A stretch of 32,000 nt of DNA from Acaryochloris marina S15 (GCF_018336915.1 NZ_CP064923.1:3150001-3182000), one strand, 5' to 3'; numbered from the stretch's first letter, positions 17,451-25,598 are shown. Numbers and translations are program-made. The notes: generated by a model from the sequence alone, not told the origin.

Positions 17451-18641
17451 ATGCTAACACTCACTTATGAGTACAAACTAATTCCCACTCAGCTACAAGC
17501 CGAACAGATGCAGCACATCTTAGATGTTTGCTCATCGGTTTGGAATTATGCCTTGCGTGAGCGTAAAGATTGGATAGCTTCAAGGAAGTGCCCAGTGAAT
17601 GCCTGCTCATTACGGAGTGAGTACATCATCAGTGTCGATACCCCTTATCCAGGGTTCAATGACCAGTGCAAGTCCCTGACCCAAGCCAAGAAAACAAACC
17701 CCCGCTTGAAGTCAGTCAATGCCCAAGTTTTGCAGCAAGTTCTGCGAAAGCTAGATAAAGCATTCAAGGATATGAAAGACCGGAACTTTGGATTTCCCAG
17801 ATTTAAGAAACGGGGACGAATGCGGTCGTTTGTATTTCCCCAACTGGGTAAAGACCCCTTGGGTCAAGGGGTGGTCAAGCTGCCGAATATTGGATTCATA
17901 AAGTTCAGGCAGTCGCGACCTTACCCAGAGGGGTATCAAGTCAAGCAAGCGAGAATCATCAAACGAGCATCAGGGTTCTATTTGATGCTGACGTTTCAGG
18001 CTGCTTTGGAGATTTGTGCTCCTCCAGTTCGTGGTCATGTGGTGGGGGTTGATGTGGGTTTAGAATACTTCCTTTCCACCTCAGATGGCCTCCAAATTGA
18101 GCGACCTAAGTTCTTCGTGGATATGCAACGCAAGCTGAAATTGCTGCAACGTCGATTGAAGCGAAAGAGGTTAGGGTCATCCAATTGGGTTAAGTCCCAG
18201 CACCAAATTGCCTTGCTGCATGAACGTATAGCCAACACTCGCAAAGATTTCCACTTTAAGGTGGCTCATCAACTTTGTGATCAGGGCGATGCGATTGCTG
18301 TGGAACACTTGAATCTGATTGGGTTAAGTCGAGGGATGCTGGGCAAACACATGTTGGATGCTGGGCATGGTCAATTCCTGAATCAGATTCTGCCTTGGGT
18401 CTGTTTTAAGCGGGATAAGGCATATGTCCAAGTGGATGCTCGTGGCACCAGTCAAGAATGTCCTGATTGCGGGGCAGTGGTAACCAAGATGTTAAAAGAC
18501 CGTTGGCATCAATGCTCATGTGGCTCGTCTAAGCCTCGTGATGTTGCCAGTGGCGAGGTGATTCGCAATCGAGCTGTGGGGCGCACAGTTCAACAAAATG
18601 CTTGTGGAGACGGTCTGACGGGTGCAGTTCACGCTGCATAG
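17451..18641 (+). CDS. tnpB: TnpB (IS605 OrfB) RNA-guided endonuclease
   Basis: 396 aa. RuvC-like residues are present (VGVDVGLEYF, AVEHLN, RDVASGEVIRNRA), as is the zinc finger CPDCG...CSCG. The gene appears intact. Confidence 0.93.
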   Translation: MLTLTYEYKLIPTQLQAEQMQHILDVCSSVWNYALRERKDWIASRKCPVNACSLRSEYIISVDTPYPGFNDQCKSLTQAKKTNPRLKSVNAQVLQQVLRKLDKAFKDMKDRNFGFPRFKKRGRMRSFVFPQLGKDPLGQGVVKLPNIGFIKFRQSRPYPEGYQVKQARIIKRASGFYLMLTFQAALEICAPPVRGHVVGVDVGLEYFLSTSDGLQIERPKFFVDMQRKLKLLQRRLKRKRLGSSNWVKSQHQIALLHERIANTRKDFHFKVAHQLCDQGDAIAVEHLNLIGLSRGMLGKHMLDAGHGQFLNQILPWVCFKRDKAYVQVDARGTSQECPDCGAVVTKMLKDRWHQCSCGSSKPRDVASGEVIRNRAVGRTVQQNACGDGLTGAVHAA

Positions 18642-18702
18642 TTAAGAGTCTGTGAAACAAGAATCTCCGGCTATATCCGAAGGATTAGAGGGAGAGCGTC
18701 AA
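18480..18702 (+). ncRNA. Predicted omega-RNA (reRNA) scaffold of TnpB; coordinates approximate
   Basis: This call rests on established knowledge, not on recognised structure. TnpB guide RNAs are encoded across the tnpB 3' end and the IS right end, with the guide read from the flanking DNA. Confidence 0.3.
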
Positions 18703-19505
18703 TGCCACTCCAGAATCTGACTCATTTCCCGTCGGGATAAACGATGCTTAAGACGATTGATAGGGTTTCGCCCTCGATAGGATTGGACAAACTCTGCATG
18801 GGGCTGCCCCTGTTTAGCAACCTTTAAAAAAGGCGGTGAGATACCGGGATCATAATCATTCGTGGACATGTACTCAATCACATATGCCCAGCGGATTCCT
18901 TCTGTCTTGTTCGGTGTAGTTTTGTGCAGGGTTAAAGATGAGAATAAGACAATATCTCCCACCTCTGCAGTAATAAAGGTAGGAGCCTCGGGTTCACCTT
19001 TATAAACCATATGGTTATTAACTTGTCGATGGGGCAATAGCTGATGGTGACTACCAGGCACTAGCCAAAGTCCCCCATTTTCGATGGTCATCGCAGTAAG
19101 AGCCACCCAAAGTTGATAGTGGGTCTGCTTAAAGCCGTTATAAGCATTATCCTGGTGCCAGGGAAAAGTTTTGGCTCCCGGTCCTTTGGCGACCGCTTGA
19201 TCCCATCTCACCCAAAAGTCTGAACCAATAAATGGATACAGGAAGTTGACGATTTTGGGTTGGGAAACAAATTTTTGAATCGATTCGTTGTGCCGATAAA
19301 GATTGGCATAAAACCGCAGGGTGCCTTTGGTTAGACATTGATCTAAACATTGACGACTCTGGGGAGATTCGATCTGCTCAATGAGAGCTGCCATCTCTTG
19401 GGGAGAAAAGAAATTCTTAATGACGACATATCCCTGCTGCCCGAAGGTCTGTTGAAGGGAAATGGAAGGAGTCTGCTGTTGTGTCACGATTTCCATATTT
19501 TCCAT
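18699..19505 (-). CDS. Phytanoyl-CoA dioxygenase (PhyH) family Fe(II)/2-oxoglutarate oxygenase
   Basis: 268 aa with the facial-triad region FPWHQDNAY and a distal His (LHKTTPN). Length and motifs are typical of PhyH proteins. Confidence 0.85.
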   Translation of the reverse strand: MENMEIVTQQQTPSISLQQTFGQQGYVVIKNFFSPQEMAALIEQIESPQSRQCLDQCLTKGTLRFYANLYRHNESIQKFVSQPKIVNFLYPFIGSDFWVRWDQAVAKGPGAKTFPWHQDNAYNGFKQTHYQLWVALTAMTIENGGLWLVPGSHHQLLPHRQVNNHMVYKGEPEAPTFITAEVGDIVLFSSLTLHKTTPNKTEGIRWAYVIEYMSTNDYDPGISPPFLKVAKQGQPHAEFVQSYRGRNPINRLKHRLSRREMSQILEWH

Positions 19506-19630
19506 CTGTAGCTAAACCAGACCATTTGTGAACTAGAGAGGAAGCCCCAAGCAATCTGAGCTGCTTTGAAGCAGGGTAATACAAATTACCCTGATCTCTA
19601 ATGATCATTCCCACCCCAGATGGATATCCT

Positions 19631-19650
19631 ATCTTGATTCATATCAAGAT
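19631..19650. promoter_or_regulatory. Perfect palindrome ATCTTGAT-TCAT-ATCAAGAT, preceded by GGATATCC
   Basis: Read directly from the sequence. It lies about 125 bp upstream of the dioxygenase start codon, in an AT-rich spacer. Confidence 0.3.
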
Positions 19651-19673
19651 TTATTTTCTACAATTCAGAAATT

Positions 19674-19805
19674 ATGGGTGTCTCACAAGAATTGAAACTA
19701 AATAATGGACCTGAGCAATCAGACTCAATAGAGAAAACTTTAGAAAAACTTAAAAGTTCAGATAAGATATCAAATTCAATATGTTATCAACACTACATTT
19801 TTTAA
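19674..19805 (+). CDS. Candidate 43-aa small ORF (MGVSQELKLNNGPEQSDSIEKTLEKLKSSDKISNSICYQHYIF)
   Basis: I translated this by hand from an ATG. It is below the ORF-track cutoff, has no obvious SD and shows no recognisable similarity. It is speculative. Confidence 0.15.
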   Translation: MGVSQELKLNNGPEQSDSIEKTLEKLKSSDKISNSICYQHYIF

Positions 19806-19922
19806 AACAACTTGCACATAAAATGTTCAACTTTTAGATATTCTTGTGGTCAAGATATATTAGTAAAAACATGCTATAGTGTATTCCTATCTAAGACTTT
19901 ATATTTTCCAAAAAGCCTTAAG

Positions 19923-19948
19923 CCTCGCCTAAACAGTCGAGGTTTTTT
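19923..19948 (+). terminator. Candidate intrinsic terminator (CCTCG-N10-CGAGG-TTTTTT)
   Basis: A 5-bp GC-rich stem followed by T6. There is no annotated plus-strand gene upstream of it, which implies an unannotated short transcript. Confidence 0.35.
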
Positions 19949-20006
19949 CTTATTTAAATTCTATATTTTACCAAGGCACAGATATTATTCTAGAGAAAAG
20001 AATTTC

Positions 20007-20577
20007 CTAAGTCTGGCCTAATGAAGATTGATAGTTCTGTTGATTTTTTAGAATCTGCAAGGACAGAGAAAACATCAAGGTTGCCATGTAAATTGTTAAA
20101 GAGGTCCATAGCAAATGATTGCTTTGAAAATACCAACCTGCGATCGCAATCGGTGCATAGCCCATCCCCAACGCCGTCAAGGCTGAATTCCGCAGAATGG
20201 CTCCCTCTTTCAACCCGATAAAGTATCCTTCCAGCACAAAGGCCACCGCCGTTAGGCTGAGTAATGGCACTAGCCAGATCACATAGGCATGGATGGAATA
20301 ACTGACCTCTATATGACTGGTCAACAGTCCAAACACCGTCACCGGGAATAGAACCGACAGAACCGCAAAGGGTAAGGAGATCAACAGTCCATGGACAATC
20401 GACGTGTAGAGGACGGGCATTATCCGTTCCGACTCCCCTTTGCCCTTAAAGTTGCCGACTAGGGTCTGAGTTATGAGCCCTACTCCATTCACCGTGAACT
20501 GGCTCAGCAAGGCAATTTGGAGCAGCAGACCATTTTCCGCCAGGATAGTAGTGCCCAAGGTAGCACTGAGGTTGGTG
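20007..20577 (-). pseudogene. MATE family efflux transporter, C-terminal fragment (disrupted by an IS)
   Basis: The sequence ...TNLSATLGTTILAENGLLLQIALLSQF... continues exactly from the N-terminal fragment once the IS and one TSD copy are removed. Confidence 0.85.
20140..20147. repeat. HIP1 palindrome GCGATCGC
   Basis: Exact octamer. Confidence 0.9.
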
Positions 20578-20660
20578 CAGATAGTTTAGGAAATGGTGTC
20601 TGAGATGGCAAAAGCCTGAAAAGCTTATACTTCAGTGACTATGAGCGTAGCGAATTAGCC

Positions 20661-22000
20661 ATGACTGAAAAACAAGCCCACCAAAATCGTACGGCAATTG
20701 TTCATTTTGGCGCAACCAAACAAGACTATTTGGACTTGGTGCAAGCAGAAGATCACCGCCCCTTAATCGAGTATTTGCAAGCACCCCTCACAGCTCAACT
20801 TTCTTCAGAACGTCATAAGCCCGATTGCTGTGATACCAGTCGTTATACGCTCCATGCTCTACAAGATCGCCAAGTGCAAGGGTGGTTAGGGCCAGTAGAA
20901 GCAATCCCTATCTGTCGAACCCGCTGCTTAAGTTGTCGAGCGGTCTTCACTGTCTTGCCCAGCTTCATCCTGCGATATCGTCGCCAAGATGCAGACTGTC
21001 TAGGCAAGCTACTGGAGTTAAATCTAGGGATGGGATTGAGCAACAGAGAGACGGCTACAATTTATAGCTGGCTAGGAGTAGAGCGGAGCTGGCAACCGGG
21101 TTGGGTTTGGAATCTGGTGCAATGGTTGGGGAACTTAATGCCTGTGTCTTTATTGTTGCTGCGTCTGGGACTCACCCCCCCGCCCATTTACTCAGTGATG
21201 AGAAGTTTGCCAGTTTAGAGGGGGAGAAAATCTACTTGTTTTTGGTGGCTCAAGCTGAATTGATTTGGTATACCGAATTGATGAAGTCCACCGATGAGTC
21301 TGCTTTTCAAGCCACCATCCATCGATTCTTGACGGGAATGGACGCCGCTGGACAAGCCACAGGTCACTTAGAACAAGCGGAACTGTATGTCCCTGCATCG
21401 GTGACCACCGACGGCTGGGTAGCTTCTCAAAATGCTTGGATATCTGAGGTTGACCTCGACTTAATAGAGTGCAAACTCCATGGCCAAAAACGGGTAAGTG
21501 CCACCTTTGATGATTTCTCAAAGACCCATCCTGATTGGCGACCTGACCAACTCCAACAACTGAAAGATGATTTCGATTCAGTTCTCAATGCTCCTTCACT
21601 AGCAGCTTATTCTCAAAGGGTTCGACGCAATCGCGAACGCTATGGCCATGAGCCAATGTTGCTCAATCGATTGGATATTCTCAAGCACAAACGCTTTCTG
21701 TTTACGAATCACCTGAAACATAAAGACGCTTCCGCCTATTCTGCACCTTTAGATCGCTCCATGCGATTCTTGGGCAAGAAGCTCATGAAATTTGGGCAAT
21801 ATCGAGCAGAGGATGCCATTAACCCCATGGTGAATGCCTGGGCGATTGTGAATAATCTACGACAGTTTCTCCCCGATGCGAAAAAGGCTAGGCAGTCTTT
21901 GGCAGAACATTTCGGAGTTCAGCTCAAAGGTTTGTCTTGGATGGAGGCGCTTAACCTATGCACTGTGGGCAGCCTGGATACCATGCTTCTAGGGGTGTGA
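20661..22000 (+). pseudogene. IS transposase split by a -1 frame change at a C7 tract (family not assignable by eye)
   Basis: ORF 20661..21218 and ORF 21101..22000 overlap. The two frames join at CCCCCCC (21175-21181). There is an N-terminal Cys-rich region (CRTRCLSCRAVF). The gene is enclosed by the IRs and TSD. Confidence 0.75.
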
Positions 22001-22009
22001 GTAGTATCC

Positions 22010-22210
22010 GAACAGGAATGTACGCTAAGCACCTAAAATTCTGTACCAAATAAACCTCTCTGCTGAGAAGGAGCTGAAACCCTTGATATACCGTTCCAAT
22101 TTTCTGTACCAATTAAACTAAAGTCTAAATGGTACAGTTTTAGAGCAAAAAATATGGCCTCTGTAATTTTTTCTATATATAGCTTTCAGCCTTAGCGTAC
22201 GTTCCTGTTC
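22010..22210. repeat. 201-bp module bounded by 20-bp inverted repeats, inside the IS 3' non-coding tail
   Basis: GAACAGGAATGTACGCTAAG (22010-22029) pairs with CTTAGCGTACGTTCCTGTTC (22191-22210) at 19/20 positions. Inside are two ~24-bp direct repeats around CTGTACCA (22033-22056 and 22096-22119) and one inverted copy, TGGTACAG (~22130). Confidence 0.6.
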
Positions 22211-22270
22211 CATTGCTACTCAAGGGCCTTCTACCTAACTTTTAGCAGACACCATTCTCTGATCTATCTG

Positions 22271-23056
22271 GTTGGTGAAAATGGCATAGGCCGAAATCAA
22301 AGCCACAAAGCGGATCAGAATATTTCCTTTCAGCAGTAGGGTGGATTTGAAGGCAGCGATATCCCAAACCTGCTTTAAGACCGCAGGCACCCTAGCCCAT
22401 TCGATGCTGAAGAAAACTGCGACCAATGCCACCCCCAGAGCGAGGTATTGACTCAGGGCAGTCGCTAAACCAGCCCCAATGCTTTCCCAGCCCCAGCGGT
22501 TAATCATTAAGTAGTCCAGCAGGACATTGGAACCGTTGCCCACCAGGGAAATGATCAGGACAACCCGATTCATTTCCCGCCCTAAAAACCAGCCAATCAG
22601 CACGAAGTTAAGCAATACGGCGGGGGCTCCCCAAATGCGGGTGTTGAAATAATCGAGCCCGGCTGCTTCAATTCCAGGCGACCCAGATAAGACGGCAAAC
22701 CCCAGACGCTGTAAGGGATATTGGAAAAGAAGGATGAGGATGGCTACTGCGATCGCAACCGTGCAACTTCGCAATCCAGCCAACAATACCTCGTGGTGAT
22801 TGTTCTCACCTTCCGCTTGGGCCGTAATGGCGTTGGTACTATTTCTAAAAAACTTGAGGATGCGATACAGGTAATCGAATAGAATACTTCCTAAGATCAC
22901 CCCAGCCAAATGGCGAATATCGTCGAGATGTCCCAGAAAGGCCGTATCAAACAATCCCGCCAGAGGCACCATCATATTGGAGAAGGCACTCACTATAGCC
23001 AGTTGATAGAACCGAGGTAGAAAACTTCTATAGTGAGCCGGTATTGATAAGCCCAT
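22271..23056 (-). pseudogene. MATE family efflux transporter, N-terminal fragment (disrupted by an IS)
   Basis: The MATE N-terminus is FYQLAIVSAFSNMMVPLAGLFDTAFLGHL. The native sequence ends at ...AYAIFTN. The last 11 codons of the ORF-track ORF (QIDQRMVSAKS*) are read from the IS end. Confidence 0.85.
22749..22756. repeat. HIP1 palindrome GCGATCGC
   Basis: Exact octamer. Confidence 0.9.
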
Positions 23057-23160
23057 ACCTTACCTTTCTCATCACCCTTAATCTGCATCCATAAAAAAGA
23101 TTCAAAAGAGAGGGGGGATCCAAGCGTTAGCCAACCAAAAGGCAGGGCTTAATTCAGTTC

Positions 23161-23199
23161 AATCATTCCAGACTTTTCAAGCATTGGGTTGGAATGATT
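23161..23199. promoter_or_regulatory. Perfect 10-bp inverted repeat AATCATTCCA-N19-TGGAATGATT
   Basis: Read directly from the sequence, in the divergent spacer between the MATE gene and the PhoX gene. Confidence 0.3.
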
Positions 23200-23280
23200 A
23201 CCCTTTACTTCTTCTTAGCTAAGTACATATTAGTAACTGATAGCATAGTTTTTTCGGACCTTGGAATAAGCTTATTTACA

Positions 23281-23311
23281 CCTTAATCTGAGGTTTACCG
23301 ATTATTAACCT
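23281..23311 (+). promoter_or_regulatory. Candidate Pho-box-like phased repeats (CTTAATCT gag GTTTACCG att ATTAACCT)
   Basis: Octamers with an 11-bp period resemble the cyanobacterial Pho-box repeat PyTTAAPyPy(T/A). They lie 105-135 bp upstream of the PhoX ATG. CCTTAATCT also occurs at 23076 and 23384. Confidence 0.3.
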
Positions 23312-23414
23312 TCTTAGTACTGATCTTCTAAATCTTCAGTATTTGGGACAATTCATTACCTTTTCTTAAATTAATTGCGATAGCCTTAATCTTAGGTTCA
23401 TCACCCTATTATTC

Positions 23415-25598
23415 ATGTCCATCAGCCGCCGAGAATTCTTGCTATTTATGGGCGCAGCAACCAGCATGGTTGCCTGCAGTGCCTCGAAGAATAGCCCCTA
23501 CCGTTCGTCAGCCGCAACGAAAGCGACTATTTCCTTCAAGCCCATCCGGGTCCCCATTCCCCTAGACATTGAGGGGCTGTCCCCAGAGCAACAAAAGCAA
23601 GCCTACAGTACCTATCAGGTCATTGATGATTTGGTCCTGCCGGAAGGCTATGCCTATGAAACCATCGCCGCCTGGGGAGACAAGGTTGGAGATTCTCGGT
23701 TTGGCTACAATAACGACTTTGTCTCCTTTGTGGAGACGGCACCGGACTCAGGCTATCTGTCGATCAATTTTGAATACATCAGTGGCAAAACTTGGATGCA
23801 GACCTATGAGCAGGTCTTAGGCAAGTCTCTGCCATTTGATCAAGTTCGATCGGCTATGGGACAAGAACAAATTGACGCCTTTGCCCTATCAGCCGATGAT
23901 CCGCTCAAGCAACAGATTGAAGCGATTGCCAAAGAAGGACTGATTGATCAAGGCATTGGGGTCATCGCTATCCAATCCAAAAAAGGCAAATGGGTACGCA
24001 AGCCTTCCCCTCAAGATCGGCGGATCACTGGAATTTCTGGGTTGGAAGATGGCCGCTATTTAAAAGCCACCGGACCTGGGGTGGCGGTATTTACCAAGAC
24101 CAACAAGCGGGGCTATGACGATAATTTAGGCAGCCGTATTATCGGCACCTTCCAAAATTGCGCGGGTGGGACCACGCCATGGGGCACGATATTAAGTGCG
24201 GAAGAAAACTTTCAAGACCAAGTCCCGGAACCAGTGATGGCGGATGGTTCTTCCTTTCCCCCCCCTCATACCCCATTTGAATTCACAGAAGATAAGATCG
24301 ATGGCCGGGGGAATCCCTTTGGCCTAGCCGGGAATAAATATGGCTGGATGGTGGAAGTTGATCCGAGCAATCCCAATGACTATGGCACCAAACATACCTG
24401 GTTAGGACGGTATCGCCATGAAGCCGTGGCTGTGAATGCAGTGGCGGGTCAGCCTTTGGCCGTGTATTCGGGATGCGATCGCAGGGGTGGTCATCTCTAC
24501 AAATTTGTCAGCGAAGGCAAAGTCAAAAAACCTACCAATAAATCCAACTCTAAACTCTTAGAGAAAGGCATGCTCTTCGGAGCCCAGCTGAATGCCGATG
24601 GCACAGGCCAATGGATTCCCCTCAAAGCTAGTACCCCCATCAACCCCGTCCTCCCCAATCAGGTCGTTGGCAAATCTAACTCTGGCTTGGTCACCTTACC
24701 GAACCCAGATCGCCAGAAAGGTGGCTACATCGACGTCACTAACGATCAAGACACCTTATCCTTCCAGCAAACCTTCAAAACCTTGGGCGATCTCTATGAA
24801 GGTAGTGCCAGTGAACGCCAAGGGGCGATTCTAATCGATGCTCACTATGCAGCTAATGCAGCCGGAATTACTTGCTTAGCTAGGCCTGAAGACACCACCT
24901 TTGATCCAGAACAGAAAGCGCTTTTTGTGGCCTTTACTTCCGGTGGTCCGGGGGGAGATGGCGGTCCTGACAAACAGATTTTTCAAGGTCCCAATGGAGA
25001 ATCACCCTACGAATATGGGTGGATTATGAAAATTGTGGAGGTAGACGATAACCCCGCCGCTATGCAGTTCCGGTGGGTAATGGTAGCCGTGGGTGGGGAA
25101 CCGGCTCAGGATGGCCTTGGGTTTGCTAATCCCGACAACCTAGAAATCGATGCTCAAGGCAATCTGTGGATGGTAACGGACATGTCCACCAGTAAGCACA
25201 ATCTAGCCATTCCCAATCGTAGTGGTGTTGATCAATCCAAACTAAGGGGTATTTTTGGGAATAATACAGCCTGGTATCTCCCCTTGATGGGAGTCCATGC
25301 GGGTAAGGCATTCCCTTTTGCAATGGGTCCGATGGACAGTGAGCTGTGTGGGCTCTGCTTACATCCCAATCAAAAAGCGCTCTTTTTAACGGCTCAACAT
25401 CCGGGAGAAGCAGGGGGAATTCGGCAAAAAATGGCGTCTGAAACCCGAGAGATTGCCCTGCTAACCACTGATGGTCAGGAATTCCTACAGACTCGGGATG
25501 TACCAATCGGCTCCAACTGGCCTGGGAAAAAAGCAACGGACCCGCCTAAACCTGCTTTGGTGGCTATTTATCGCTCAGATGGTAATGCCTTGATTTAA
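23415..25598 (+). CDS. phoX: PhoX-family (DUF839) secreted alkaline phosphatase with a Tat signal and possible lipobox
   Basis: 727 aa. The twin-arginine signal is MSISRREFLLFMGAATSMVAC. The characteristic NCAGGTTPWGTILSAEEN motif and the beta-propeller-like length are present. Confidence 0.88.
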   Translation: MSISRREFLLFMGAATSMVACSASKNSPYRSSAATKATISFKPIRVPIPLDIEGLSPEQQKQAYSTYQVIDDLVLPEGYAYETIAAWGDKVGDSRFGYNNDFVSFVETAPDSGYLSINFEYISGKTWMQTYEQVLGKSLPFDQVRSAMGQEQIDAFALSADDPLKQQIEAIAKEGLIDQGIGVIAIQSKKGKWVRKPSPQDRRITGISGLEDGRYLKATGPGVAVFTKTNKRGYDDNLGSRIIGTFQNCAGGTTPWGTILSAEENFQDQVPEPVMADGSSFPPPHTPFEFTEDKIDGRGNPFGLAGNKYGWMVEVDPSNPNDYGTKHTWLGRYRHEAVAVNAVAGQPLAVYSGCDRRGGHLYKFVSEGKVKKPTNKSNSKLLEKGMLFGAQLNADGTGQWIPLKASTPINPVLPNQVVGKSNSGLVTLPNPDRQKGGYIDVTNDQDTLSFQQTFKTLGDLYEGSASERQGAILIDAHYAANAAGITCLARPEDTTFDPEQKALFVAFTSGGPGGDGGPDKQIFQGPNGESPYEYGWIMKIVEVDDNPAAMQFRWVMVAVGGEPAQDGLGFANPDNLEIDAQGNLWMVTDMSTSKHNLAIPNRSGVDQSKLRGIFGNNTAWYLPLMGVHAGKAFPFAMGPMDSELCGLCLHPNQKALFLTAQHPGEAGGIRQKMASETREIALLTTDGQEFLQTRDVPIGSNWPGKKATDPPKPALVAIYRSDGNALI
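24475..24482. repeat. HIP1 palindrome GCGATCGC
   Basis: Exact octamer. Confidence 0.9.

Larger units (their letters stand above)
16897..18702 (+). mobile_element. IS200/IS605-family insertion sequence (tnpA and tnpB divergent); the left boundary is approximate
   Basis: It contains a Y1 transposase and TnpB. The right end probably falls at or near TCAA (18699-18702), by analogy with IS608-type right-end cleavage sites. The left end is not resolved. An imperfect 13-bp hairpin (16837-16896) lies just outside or at the left end. Confidence 0.6.
20578..22270 (+). mobile_element. 1693-bp insertion sequence with 25-bp imperfect terminal inverted repeats and a 7-bp target-site duplication
   Basis: The left IR is CAGATAGTTTAGGAAATGGTGTCTG (20578-20602). 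The reverse complement of the right IR is CAGATAGATCAGAGAATGGTGTCTG (22246-22270). They match at 21/25 positions. Direct repeats GTTGGTG flank the element at 20571-20577 and 22271-22277. Confidence 0.88.

Noticed and set aside
20661-22000. Treating 20661..21218 and 21101..22000 as two separate genes (orfA/orfB)
   Set aside because: The ORFs overlap by 118 nt, and the protein sequence continues across a C7 tract. A single frameshifted transposase is the simpler reading.
22010-22210. Calling the IR-bounded module a bona fide MITE
   Set aside because: No target-site duplication flanks it, and I cannot count genomic copies from this window. I report it only as an unexplained structure.
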